Shown piece after piece: positions 1-9,076 of a DNA stretch of 64,000 nt. The DNA is from Candidatus Marinacidobacterium sp. Its GTDB lineage: Bacteria; Acidobacteriota; Vicinamibacteria; Marinacidobacterales; Marinacidobacteraceae. The notes under the pieces were generated by a model that had not been told where the DNA came from, made no database searches, and was given only the letters and a program-made list of their open reading frames with translations. The position numbers and the translations under genes were made by a program. The number at the start of each line of letters is the position of its first letter. Within the stretch, counting starts at the first letter, position 1. The stretch covers positions 192,001 to 256,000 of the forward strand of contig CBDCRI010000001.1 of assembly GCA_965220965.1 (NCBI GenBank). Direction: 5' to 3'.

Positions 1-243
1 CCTCCGGGCATTGACTCCCTGAGCGCGCGCAGCGCCTTCAGCAACGCCGCCTCCAAGGAGGCGTGGCCGCAACTGCATGGAGTAAAGAATGACCTTCTGG
101 CCGTCCCTGCCCGCCGCCCCTGGCTGGGCATGGCTACCGGCCTCGAAGTGCCGAACGGCGTCGCCGAAGTGGCGCACGGCGCTTTGCGCGTCCGCCATCA
201 TGGTCGCCCAAGGCGCGCCGAGCCGCCGGTCCGCCCCATCCAT
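1..243 (-). pseudogene. HEPN (HepT-like) RNase-toxin-like gene, 5' part, with an apparent 1-nt frameshift; runs off the window
   Basis: ATG at 243 reads MDGADRRLGAPWATMMADAQSAVRHFGDAVRHFEAG...ILYSMQ. Removing one base at about 71-72 continues CGHASLEAALLKALRALRESMPG, resembling the SAVRHF...MQSAHTSxEAAL..IL pattern I recall for HEPN proteins. Confidence 0.45.
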
Positions 244-464
244 GGCCTACGGCCGCCCCGAATGCCGCGTGGCGAGCGCAAGGCCGCCCGGGCGCCCATG
301 CGCTTGGGCCGGGCTCGGCAGGCCATGCGTCGCGCCAAGCTTGCTGGCCTGGCCGCCGCGGTCAGCCCTGCCGCCGCTCGCAGCAGGCTGCCGAGGGATG
401 TCCCGGCCGAGCAGCATTGGGATCGGGCCGGAGCCAGCGGGCTTTCCCAGGGCCGGACCAGGGC

Positions 465-1448
465 TCAGGGCGAGGGCGCGCGTCCGCGCGTCCGCCCCGC
501 CCGCCGCAGGGTCGCAAGGTCCGCCTCGACCACGCCGCGGCGGACCTTTCCGAGGAAGGGGTCCCGCCGCCGAAGGGCCTCCCCGGTGCCGCCGCGGCGC
601 AGCGCGGTGCCGCGGCCCCGGCCGATGCGCCAAGCGTGGCCGTGGCCGGGGCTCTCGAGAACGGCGTCCCCATCCCCGTCGCCGCCGCGCGTGACCACGA
701 GGCTGAAGCCGGGCAGCGCCTCCGCGCGCACCAGCAGGTCGCCATCGCCGTCGGAAACGCAATCGACGCGGATTCGCCCGTGCCCGTCGGTGACGTCGAC
801 CGCCACTTCCCAATGCGCCCCGTCCGGGGCCTCGACCTCCACGCCCGCGGGCGGGCGCCTGGCCCGCGCGCCATCGCCGAACGCCACCCCCTCGAACGGC
901 CACGGCTGCTCATAGGGACTGGCCCGGAACCCGGGCGCCAGCACGTCCCGCTCCGCGCCGACGGACCGGTCGCGGTGCAGCCGGCGTATGCCGTCCCTAA
1001 GGTGCGAGCCGAGCGGCGGCAGGCCGGCCGGGCTGTCCGGGGGAAGCTCACCGCTGCGAACGGCCCGCTCCCGGTCGGCGCGCACGTCGGACCAGTCGAA
1101 GCAGATGACCTCAAGGGCCGCCGTGCCGTGCCCGGCGGATGCGACTTCGGCCCGCATCGAGACCTGGCTTCCGCAATGGCCGGGAAAGGGCTTGATGTCG
1201 GCGCTGGCCCGCAGCTCCAAGGCGGCGACCCCCCTGCCCCGGAAGTGATCGAGGACCTCGCAGGCCTCCTCGCTGAGGTGCGCCAAGCGGTCCCAGTGCC
1301 CGCAGTCGGCCGCGTCCGTCACGCCGCGGCCCATGTCGAGCACCCAGTGGGCCTCCAGGCCGCGGCCCTTGCCGGGCTCATGCCCAACCTCGCGCGCCAA
1401 GGCCTCCAAGGCGGCCCTCACGGAATAGGCTTTCGGCTCCCGGCGCAT
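465..1448 (-). CDS. hypothetical protein with Gly-rich 10-residue repeat (RxGxGxGxA) C-terminal region
   Basis: Natural amino-acid composition, TATAAT at 1486-1481 upstream, ends RGRAPSP. Confidence 0.7.
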   Translation of the reverse strand: MRREPKAYSVRAALEALAREVGHEPGKGRGLEAHWVLDMGRGVTDAADCGHWDRLAHLSEEACEVLDHFRGRGVAALELRASADIKPFPGHCGSQVSMRAEVASAGHGTAALEVICFDWSDVRADRERAVRSGELPPDSPAGLPPLGSHLRDGIRRLHRDRSVGAERDVLAPGFRASPYEQPWPFEGVAFGDGARARRPPAGVEVEAPDGAHWEVAVDVTDGHGRIRVDCVSDGDGDLLVRAEALPGFSLVVTRGGDGDGDAVLESPGHGHAWRIGRGRGTALRRGGTGEALRRRDPFLGKVRRGVVEADLATLRRAGRTRGRAPSP

Positions 1449-3024
1449 CGCGCCCGCCCCCTTCGAGATCGCTTGCGTCCATTATAGGAGCCGCCGTCCG
1501 GTCGGAGACCAGCTCGTCGAACCGCCGGTTGACCGCCGCCGGCAGGCGCCCGTCGCGGGCCACCGCCTCGATGGCGAGCGCGGCCGCTGACGCGGGAATG
1601 CCGGCCAGCCACGCCCGGGAGGGCGCGTGCGCGGCGTTGAGGTCCCCCGGCTCGAACTTCGCAAGGCCCCCTCCGTACGCGCGCTGGGTCAGCGCCAGCA
1701 GCCGGCGGCCGGCGTCGGAGAGCAGGTAGAGGAACAGCCGGTCCACCCAGCGGCGTCCGTCCCTAGCCGGCACGAAGCCGTGGTAGCAGGCCAGCGACAG
1801 CGCGCCCGCCCGGTTGAGCACCGGCTTGTACCCGCCGCGCGAGAACGTCCCGACCCACAGCGGGTCCGGCCCGTGGCGCTCCGTCCGGTGCCAGGCCGCG
1901 CGCCGGGAGGTTTGGTGGCGCAGGTGCACGCCCTCCCCCTCCCCGGTCGCGATCCGGGCAAGCGCGGCCGGCGAAGGGGGGTCCCCCGGCGCGAACAGTC
2001 GCACCCGGGCGTCCGCCGCCTCCAGCGCGCGCAGCCGCCGCCCGTCGAGCACCGGGCCCGCCACGTCGGCGCTGCGCGTGACGCACGGCAGCGCCTCCTG
2101 GCCGTCGCGCAGGCCCAGCGCGCGCACCTGCGACGGGCGCAGGGCGAAGAAGGCGTTGGCGCCGGAGACGATGCCCCGGCGGAAGCGCCCGTAGTCGCCG
2201 ATGCGGGCCAGGCCGGGGGCCGGGGCCGCCGCGGCCGGGTCGAACAGGGGCAGCCACCTCCCCGCCGGGTCGAGCCCGGCGGCCGGCTCGTCGGCCCCCT
2301 GCGGCAGGCGGCCGCCGCCGTCGAGCTCGGACAGGGCCGCCACCGAGGCGAAGCGCACCGCGCCGGCGCCCGCGCCGCGCTCGTGCAGCACGATGCCCAC
2401 CGTGGTGACCGCGTCCGGGAACGCCTCGGCCTCGCAGGCGACGCGGATCAGCGCGACCAGGCCGCCGTCCGCGAGCAGCCGCGCCTTGACCGCCCGGCCG
2501 TAGGCGGCGTTCAGGAACTCCAAGGGCATGACGTAGGCCGCCCGCCCGCCGGGCGCCAGCTCCGACAGGGACTTCACCAGGAACGCCGAGGCCATGTTCG
2601 CGTTGCCCGGCAGCGGCACCCCGGTGCGCCGCCTGATCAGCTCGATGGCGGCGGCCCGGGCGGCGAAGCCGTGGAAGCGGACGTAGGGCGGGTTGCAGAC
2701 GACGGCCTCGCGGCCCCCCTGCCCCCAATCGAGCAGGTAGTCCGCCTGCTTGACGCCGCCGCGGCCGGCGCCGCCCGGGGAGGACCGCCAGTGCGCGGCG
2801 ATGGCGGGGTCGACCTCGTGCCCGGTGCAGCGCACCCCCCGCATCCGGGCCTGGGCCTCGAAGGCGCCCAGCCCGAACGCCGGGTCGTGGAGGCTGCGCG
2901 CGCCGCCCCGCAGCGCCCAGCCGACCATGAAGCGGGCGATCGGGTCGGGCGTCATGAACTGCCCGAACCGGCGCCGGTGCGCCTCGCCGACCGAGGCGAC
3001 GTAGGCGGCTTCCGGATCCTTCAC
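1378..3024 (-). CDS. orphan N6-adenine DNA methyltransferase (Eco57I/TaqI-like)
   Basis: GQFMTP, DPAFGLGAF (motif I), NPPY (motif IV), EAFPDA, C-terminal TRD-like region. GTG start at 3024 inferred. Confidence 0.9.
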   Translation of the reverse strand: MKDPEAAYVASVGEAHRRRFGQFMTPDPIARFMVGWALRGGARSLHDPAFGLGAFEAQARMRGVRCTGHEVDPAIAAHWRSSPGGAGRGGVKQADYLLDWGQGGREAVVCNPPYVRFHGFAARAAAIELIRRRTGVPLPGNANMASAFLVKSLSELAPGGRAAYVMPLEFLNAAYGRAVKARLLADGGLVALIRVACEAEAFPDAVTTVGIVLHERGAGAGAVRFASVAALSELDGGGRLPQGADEPAAGLDPAGRWLPLFDPAAAAPAPGLARIGDYGRFRRGIVSGANAFFALRPSQVRALGLRDGQEALPCVTRSADVAGPVLDGRRLRALEAADARVRLFAPGDPPSPAALARIATGEGEGVHLRHQTSRRAAWHRTERHGPDPLWVGTFSRGGYKPVLNRAGALSLACYHGFVPARDGRRWVDRLFLYLLSDAGRRLLALTQRAYGGGLAKFEPGDLNAAHAPSRAWLAGIPASAAALAIEAVARDGRLPAAVNRRFDELVSDRTAAPIMDASDLEGGGRDAPGAESLFREGRLGGLGARGWA

Positions 3025-3059
3025 GAGGCGGGCGCCTTGCGGCCGGGGCCGCGGCGTTG

Positions 3060-3175
3060 GGGACGTGGCGGCGGCCAATGCCTGTCGGCCGCCGCCACTG
3101 GGCACTGCACCATTCGGCGGAGCCGGCCGTGGTGGGAAGGGAGGAGGGAAGCCGGCGCCCCGTGCAATGCGTGGC
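3060..3175 (-). ncRNA. candidate structured small RNA or leader RNA
   Basis: Lies just downstream of a consensus promoter. Stems GCAUUGCAC/GUGCAGUGC and GCCGGC/GCCGGC enclose a C-rich loop, followed by a 12-bp perfect hairpin (3065-3098). Confidence 0.4.
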
Positions 3176-3179
3176 ATGG

Positions 3180-3208
3180 AATATAGGCCGCGATTTTCAA
3201 TTAGTCAA
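3180..3208 (-). promoter_or_regulatory. sigma70-type promoter
   Basis: TTGACT-17 bp-TATATT in an AT-rich island. Confidence 0.75.
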
Positions 3209-3241
3209 GGCCTGTAGCGGAAGGGCCTGCCGACGCGCCGG

Positions 3242-4516
3242 CTACGGTGACGCAGGCGGCCGCGGGGACCGCCTTGCGGCGCCGCCGGGCGCGGGCGCGC
3301 CGACGGCCGGCCCGAACGCGGTGGACCAGGGCTCGGGGACTGAGAACACCTGCCCGCCCTCGGTCGGCGGAGGCACCTTGCCGGAGCCGGCCGACACCGC
3401 CAGGCCCGCGTTGAGCGGCCGGCGCCCGTGCCACGGAAGCCCCTCGGCATGGCCCACGTGGTACGCCCACCCGGCGCCCTCCCCGGCCCGTTCGGCGTTC
3501 CCCGGCCCACCGTAGCGCCCCACCGTGCCGCTGCCGGGCCCGGTTCGAACGGCGTAGCCGAATCCGCGCCCGACGAGGAACAGCCCGCCTGCCATTCCCC
3601 CGTCGAGCGTCACGTGGAGGGACTCCCCCTCCGGCAGGTCGACGATCCAGTCTCGGCCGTCCGCCTCAATGCCGACCGTCATGTACCGGCCGCCGTCCTT
3701 GGATGCGTTCAGGACGCGGGCCCCTCCCGATGCGTCCTGCGCCAGCCGCCGCAGCTGCTGCGCCGTCAGCCGAACGGCGGCCCGGGGGTCCGCCTCGCCG
3801 GGAAGGTATCCCGGCCGCCCGGCCGCTGCCGCCTCCAAGGACCAATAGGCCAGCTCGGCCTCCTCGCCCACCGCCGCCGACGGGCGCCCGCCGCACGCTG
3901 CCATGACTTCGCACTCCTCCCGCCAGCGCCGCCACAGCGGGGCCGGCACCCCCAGCCGGAGGAACTCCGCTTCCATGTCCCGCGGCAGCCGGACGCCGGA
4001 GGCGGCCACGCAAAGCGCCGCCAAGGCCCGCAGCCCGGCGCGGAGGTCCATGGCTTGCGGAAGCTCGCGGCCTTCGGCGACCGCGGCCCGCGCCCTTCCC
4101 GCCAGCGCGCTGTGGCGCGTCGCCCTCAGCAGGGCGCCCTCCTGGGTGAACCGAGCCGCCTCGGGGCTCAGCGCGGAGGCCAGCGGCGCGCCCGCCGACG
4201 AGCGGGCGCACGGGCCTTCGGGGGCCAGCGCCCCGCCCCGCAGGAGGGCGCGGGCCTCCAGCGCCATGGCGGCCACGGCGGCCCGCTCCAGCCGCTCACG
4301 GCCTTCCGCCCCCCCCAGCGGATCCCCGCCCGCGGTCGGATCGGTTGGGCGCCGGCCGGCGGCCACCGCATCGTGGACGAAGCCGCCGCCGAGGAGGCGC
4401 CCGGGGCCGTTGAGGAGCGCCATGGCCACGCCGAGCGCCTCGGCGGCCTTCGCGCTGGCCAGCCGGGCCAGCTCCTGGGCGTCGGCGTCGGGCCGCCCCT
4501 GTTCCGAGTCCGTCAT
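3242..4516 (-). CDS. hypothetical protein with Gly-rich 10-residue repeat region
   Basis: AAGGA RBS before ATG 4516 (MTDSEQG). Contains YAVRTGPGSGTVGRYGGPGNAERAGEGAG; ends RSPRPPASP. Confidence 0.7.
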   Translation of the reverse strand: MTDSEQGRPDADAQELARLASAKAAEALGVAMALLNGPGRLLGGGFVHDAVAAGRRPTDPTAGGDPLGGAEGRERLERAAVAAMALEARALLRGGALAPEGPCARSSAGAPLASALSPEAARFTQEGALLRATRHSALAGRARAAVAEGRELPQAMDLRAGLRALAALCVAASGVRLPRDMEAEFLRLGVPAPLWRRWREECEVMAACGGRPSAAVGEEAELAYWSLEAAAAGRPGYLPGEADPRAAVRLTAQQLRRLAQDASGGARVLNASKDGGRYMTVGIEADGRDWIVDLPEGESLHVTLDGGMAGGLFLVGRGFGYAVRTGPGSGTVGRYGGPGNAERAGEGAGWAYHVGHAEGLPWHGRRPLNAGLAVSAGSGKVPPPTEGGQVFSVPEPWSTAFGPAVGAPAPGGAARRSPRPPASP

Positions 4517-4684
4517 TGGGTTTCCTTGTCCTTGGCCGAGGCGGTCCGCGGCGGCGTTGCCTGAATTAAAGCGGCCCGCCCCCGAATCGGTCCCTGGGCC
4601 GGGCCGGAAGGGGGCGCGAAGCGGACGGGGAGGCCTTCCCGTCGCGGCCCCTATAATCGCCCACCCAGCCCGACGCGGAGGGCG

Positions 4685-5278
4685 ATGATGTCCCCACCAA
4701 CCGACCCCTCCGGCCTGCGCTACGCCGGCATCGGCGCCCGCAGCACGCCGGCCGCGGTCCTCGCCCAGATGGCCACCATCGCCCGGTGGCTGGAGCGCCA
4801 GGGCTGGCACCTCGCCACCGGCGGCGCCAGCGGCGCCGACGCCGCCTTCGCGGACGCCGCCAGTCCCGGGGCGCGCACGCTCTACCTGCCCTGGGCCGGC
4901 TACAACGGCCGCGCGGGCGCCGACGCGGCGGTCCCCTCGCCCGCGCAGCTCGCCGCCTGGGCGGCGTGCGCCAGGGCGCACCACCCGGCCTGGGAGCGGT
5001 GCTCGCCCGCGGTCCGCAAGCTGCACGCCAGGAACGCCGCCATCCTGCTCGGCCCGGACCTCGACCGGCCGGTCGACGCCGCCGTCGCCTGGACCCCCGG
5101 CGGGCGGGCGGCGGGCGGCACGGGGCTCGGGATCAGGATCGCGCGATCGGCCGCCATACCGGTGCTGAACCTCGCGACGGTCGCCCCGCGGGCCGCCTGC
5201 GAGCGCCTCCGGGACCTGCGCCGGGCGCGGCTGTCCGGGCCCGCCGCGGACGGCGCCCGGCCGGGGGCGGGTTGCTAG
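4685..5278 (+). CDS. SLOG-superfamily (DprA/Smf-like) protein
   Basis: YAGIGARSTP, TGGASGADAAF, LYLPW, HARN, GGTG motifs; TATAAT at 4652. Confidence 0.8.
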   Translation: MMSPPTDPSGLRYAGIGARSTPAAVLAQMATIARWLERQGWHLATGGASGADAAFADAASPGARTLYLPWAGYNGRAGADAAVPSPAQLAAWAACARAHHPAWERCSPAVRKLHARNAAILLGPDLDRPVDAAVAWTPGGRAAGGTGLGIRIARSAAIPVLNLATVAPRAACERLRDLRRARLSGPAADGARPGAGC

Positions 5279-5314
5279 AATCCGGTCGACCCCACGACCC
5301 GGAGGCGGCGCCCC

Positions 5315-6913
5315 ATGCCAACCTCAACGCGCTGGCTGTTCTACGACCTGGAGACCACCGGCCTGTCGCCGCAGCACGACCAGGTGCTCGGCTTCGCCTG
5401 GATCCTGACCGACGACCAGCTGGAGCCCTTGGAGCGCAGGGAGGGCGTGGTGCGGGTGCGGCCCGACGTGATCCCGACGCCCGGCGCCGCGATGGTCCAC
5501 GGCCTGTCGCCCAAGGACCTGCAGGCGCGGGGCGTCTCCGAGGCCGACTTCATCGCCGCCTTCCAGACGCGCCTGCTGAGCCAGCAGGGGGCGCACCGCG
5601 TGCTGGTCAGCGGCTACAACACGATCGCCTTCGATGACGAATTCATCCGCCACACGCTGTGGAGGAACCTGCTGCCGCCCTACGACCACGAGTGGCGCGG
5701 CGGCAACGCCCGCTGCGACGTGTACCACATGGTGCAGCTCGCCCACGCCTGGGAGCGCGGGCTGGCCTTCTCGGCCAACGCCGACGGCCGGCCCGACATG
5801 CGCCTGGTGGCCGTGGCGCAGGCCAACGGCATCGACCTGTCCGACGAGGCCGCCCACGACGCGCTCGCCGACGTCGAGGCCACGGTCGCGGTGGCGCGGC
5901 GCATCCGCTCCGAGGCGCCCGAGCTGTTCCGGCTGGCCACCACGGCGCTGACCGACAAGAAGGGGCTCAAGCGGCTGCTGTCCCACGCCAACGTGCACGG
6001 GCTGCCCGTCTGGATGACCTCGCGCAAGCTGCCCGGCGGCGGCTCCCTGGTCTACCCGCTCTGCCTGGATCCGCAGAACCTCAACAAGTACTACGCGGTC
6101 GACCTGAACCGTCCGTGCGACGACCTCCTGGAGGCCGATCCGGCCACCATCCGCGAGAACGTCTTCAAGCGGGCCGCCGAGCGCTCCGCCACGGACCCGG
6201 TGATGCCCTGCGTCTCCATCGAGTGCAACCGGATGCCGATGGTTGAGGCGTTCGAGCCCGACTCGCCCGCCCACGTGGCGCGCGCGGCCCGCTTCGGCCT
6301 AGACGTGGCCCGCTGCGAGGAGAGCCTGGCCCTGCTCGCCGACCGCCAGTCCTCGCTGTCGGCGCGGCTGATCGAGGCCCATGACTCGTCCCACCTGCCG
6401 CCGCCGGCGGACCCGGCGTACGGCGGGCTGTACAGCGGCGGCTTCGTCAGCGACGTGGACCGCCAGGGCCTGGAGGCGCTGCGCGGCCCGCTCTTCCTGG
6501 GCGGCCCGCCGCGGATCGCCAGCGCCGACCTGCGCGCCTACTGGCCCGGCAACGCCGACCCGCGCCTGTACGCCCTGTCGCTGCGCCACAAATGGATCGA
6601 GCACGGCCGCGCCGCCCTCGCCGACTTCCCCGACGAGGGCGGCGACTTCGCGCGCTTCCTCTTGGACCGCTTCTTCGGCGACGGCCCCGACGGCATCCCG
6701 CGGCTGGCCGCCTTCCGCCAGGAGATGGCCGAGAAGCGGATCGCGCACGCCAACGACCCGCGGCGGCTGCAGGTGCTCAACGAGCTGGAGGAGCACGTGA
6801 TGGGGCAGGCCCGGCGCGTGCGCGCCTTCGCGCAGCGCTGCGGGGTGGGCTCCGAGCCGCAGTCCGCGCCCAGGGCCGCCGGCGGCCGTCCGTCGCCCGG
6901 GCAGGCCGCCTGA
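5315..6913 (+). CDS. sbcB: exodeoxyribonuclease I (3'-5' ssDNA exonuclease)
   Basis: DEDDh motifs FYDLETTG, GYNTIAFDDEFIR, AHDALADV, plus ExoI-like WRNLLPPYDHEW and LYSGGF. Confidence 0.88.
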   Translation: MPTSTRWLFYDLETTGLSPQHDQVLGFAWILTDDQLEPLERREGVVRVRPDVIPTPGAAMVHGLSPKDLQARGVSEADFIAAFQTRLLSQQGAHRVLVSGYNTIAFDDEFIRHTLWRNLLPPYDHEWRGGNARCDVYHMVQLAHAWERGLAFSANADGRPDMRLVAVAQANGIDLSDEAAHDALADVEATVAVARRIRSEAPELFRLATTALTDKKGLKRLLSHANVHGLPVWMTSRKLPGGGSLVYPLCLDPQNLNKYYAVDLNRPCDDLLEADPATIRENVFKRAAERSATDPVMPCVSIECNRMPMVEAFEPDSPAHVARAARFGLDVARCEESLALLADRQSSLSARLIEAHDSSHLPPPADPAYGGLYSGGFVSDVDRQGLEALRGPLFLGGPPRIASADLRAYWPGNADPRLYALSLRHKWIEHGRAALADFPDEGGDFARFLLDRFFGDGPDGIPRLAAFRQEMAEKRIAHANDPRRLQVLNELEEHVMGQARRVRAFAQRCGVGSEPQSAPRAAGGRPSPGQAA

Positions 6914-6983
6914 GGCGCCTTGCGCCCCGGCCGCGCCGGCCTCCTGACCGCGCCTTGCCCGGCGGGCCGCTGGCCGGCCCGGC

Positions 6984-7601
6984 TCAAGGGGCGGGGGCGC
7001 GCCTCCCGCGCCGGCGCCCCGCGCCGCCGGGCGCCCGGGCCAAGGCCGCCTCGCTGCGCTCCAGCAGCGCCCGCGCCTCGTCGCGCAGCGCGTCGTGGGC
7101 GCGGGCCAGGGGGCTGCCCGGCGGGCCGTCGTTGGTCAGCGCCTCGTCGATCAGGAGCCGCTTCTCCGCGAGGTAGACGCGGGCGAAGCGGGGGTCGTGG
7201 GCGACGATCGAGTGGGTGTTGTCGATCAGGTCGGCCAGCTTGACCAGCTTGGCGCGGGGCTCGGCGCCGGCCAGGCGGCGCCGGTCGATGGCCTTGCGCG
7301 CGGCGCGGTTGCCGTCCTGCGGGCGCGAGGCGTCGGTCAGGTGGGCCACCAGGCGCGCCACGTGGGGCCCGAGGCCCGACCCCGCAATCTCCGCCTCGGT
7401 CATGGCGGTGTCCTCGATGACGTCGTGCAGCAGGGCCGCGCAGGCGCTGTCCCGGTCCGGGAAGACGGCGATCACGCGCTTGGCGACGGCGATCGGGTGC
7501 TCGACGTAGGGCTCGCGCGTGTACTTGCGCACCTGCCCCGCGTGCGCCCGCACCGCCATGCGCAGCGCATGCGCCACCGAGGGCTCGGCCGCCGGTCCCA
7601 T
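6984..7601 (-). CDS. HD-domain hydrolase, SpoT/Mesh1-like
   Basis: AHAGQVRKYTREPYVEHP, AALLHDVIEDT, VKLADLIDN. Start codon uncertain. Confidence 0.85.
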   Translation of the reverse strand: MGPAAEPSVAHALRMAVRAHAGQVRKYTREPYVEHPIAVAKRVIAVFPDRDSACAALLHDVIEDTAMTEAEIAGSGLGPHVARLVAHLTDASRPQDGNRAARKAIDRRRLAGAEPRAKLVKLADLIDNTHSIVAHDPRFARVYLAEKRLLIDEALTNDGPPGSPLARAHDALRDEARALLERSEAALARAPGGAGRRRGRRAPAP

Positions 7602-7705
7602 GGCCTTGGCCAGGGACAGCAGCTCCCGGCCGGCCTGGCCCGCGCCGGCGTCCTCGACGGGGCGCTGCGGCGGTTGGGACGGGGGGCGGCCCCCTTTGGC
7701 GTCGC

Positions 7706-8614
7706 TCAGTCGGTGCACAGGCAGTCCATCTCCTGCTCGCCCTCCCCGCCGCCCTGCGCGAACGCCTCCGCGAACAGGTCTTCGGACTGCGTGGCGATGC
7801 GCTTCAGCTCGCTGTAGGAGTGGCGCGACGAGAAGCGCGCGGTCTCGGGGCCGCGCATGGCGCGGCCCGCGGCGTCCTTGGCGATCAGGCGCTCCTCGTT
7901 GATCCACCAGTCGGCGAGGTGCGGCTCGGCGCGGATCACCGACAGCAGGTGGCGGCGGCCCTTGAGGAAGCAGAGCGTGCAGTTGCTCAGCTCCGAGGGG
8001 ATGCCCAGGTCGAAGTTCTGCCGCGCCCAGAACGCGTCCACGTCGGCGCGCGCGACCCGCTGCACGACCAGCGGGTAGTCCGACGTGCAGCCCGCCGGGT
8101 TCATGAGGTGCCGGCGCCAGCGGGCGGGCTCGTCGTGGCGGATGCCCAGGACGTTGCGGACCCGCTCCTTGGGGCGGCCGAGGACGCGCGAAACGTAGCG
8201 CTGCGCGGTCATGACCTTCAGCTCCGCCGTGCACTTGCGCATCACCGCGTTGGGCAGGATCCGCGCCGCCCTGTTCAGCTGCGAGAACGGCTCCCCCGCC
8301 CGGCTGGCGGTCTCGAAGCCGACGCGCTCGACATCGTAGACCCACTCCCCCTCCCCCGGGCTCTCCCGGTGCCGGAACTCGAGCCAGTGGACCTCCATCC
8401 CGGCGCGCTCCTCGATGTCGCGCACGAAAGCGTACGTCTCCTCGCGCTCGAGGCCGGTGTTGCAGAACACCACCGCCGCCCGCTCCGCGGGGATCTCGCC
8501 GCCGTTGGCCGCCTGGATGCGCATCGCCATCATCGCGGAGGAGCGCCCTCCGGAGAGGTTGATGGTGCGGAAGCAGCCGTCGTCCGGCAGCTCGTAGCCC
8601 GGCATCGGCATCAC
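7706..8614 (-). CDS. PAPS-reductase-like (PP-loop) protein, phage/plasmid type
   Basis: SGGRSS PP-loop, FCNTGLE, CTAELK, GIRHDE, NCTLCFLK, terminal CLC. Confidence 0.85.
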   Translation of the reverse strand: MMPMPGYELPDDGCFRTINLSGGRSSAMMAMRIQAANGGEIPAERAAVVFCNTGLEREETYAFVRDIEERAGMEVHWLEFRHRESPGEGEWVYDVERVGFETASRAGEPFSQLNRAARILPNAVMRKCTAELKVMTAQRYVSRVLGRPKERVRNVLGIRHDEPARWRRHLMNPAGCTSDYPLVVQRVARADVDAFWARQNFDLGIPSELSNCTLCFLKGRRHLLSVIRAEPHLADWWINEERLIAKDAAGRAMRGPETARFSSRHSYSELKRIATQSEDLFAEAFAQGGGEGEQEMDCLCTD

Positions 8615-8630
8615 GGCACGGCCCCCCGCC

Positions 8631-8900
8631 TCAGTGCCACGTCTCCTCCTCGCCGCTCAGGCAGCGCGCGGCCATGCGCAGCGCCTCGGCCTCGGAGATC
8701 CCCAGGCGGCGGTTCAGCCGGGCGCTCAGCGCCCGGGCGTTGGCCTCGCCGCGCGCCACGAGCCCGGTGCCGAACAGGGACGCAACGCCCTCGATGGCCA
8801 TCAGCACGCGCCCGGCGCGGCCGGGCCGCGAGTCGGCCAGGAAGCAGAAGTTGACCGGCGGGAGGGCCGCCGGCGGCGGCGCTTCCTCGATGTCGCCCAT
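8631..8900 (-). CDS. hypothetical protein
   Basis: AGGAGG RBS, ATG 8900, upstream TGGTATAAT (8996-8988); first gene of the PAPS/HD operon. Confidence 0.6.
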   Translation of the reverse strand: MGDIEEAPPPAALPPVNFCFLADSRPGRAGRVLMAIEGVASLFGTGLVARGEANARALSARLNRRLGISEAEALRMAARCLSGEEETWH

Positions 8901-9076
8901 TGGCCTCAATCCTCCTTTGCGGGCGGGGCCCGGACGGCCCCGGCACCGCCTGCCGGGCCGCGCGCCCCGCCCCGTTGAAACACTTGCATTATACCATATC
9001 CCGGCCCGCCGACGGCGCCGGGACGCCGCCTTGCGGGCCTTGCCGGGCATCCGCCAGGGGCGGGGCGCCGCGTCCC

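Noticed and set aside
6984-7601. HD protein as DatZ (dATPase of Z-genome phages)
   Set aside because: Motifs (HxxQxRK, PYxxHP, HDxxEDT, KLADxxDN) are SpoT/Mesh1-type, and the gene is 28 kb from the PurZ-like gene.
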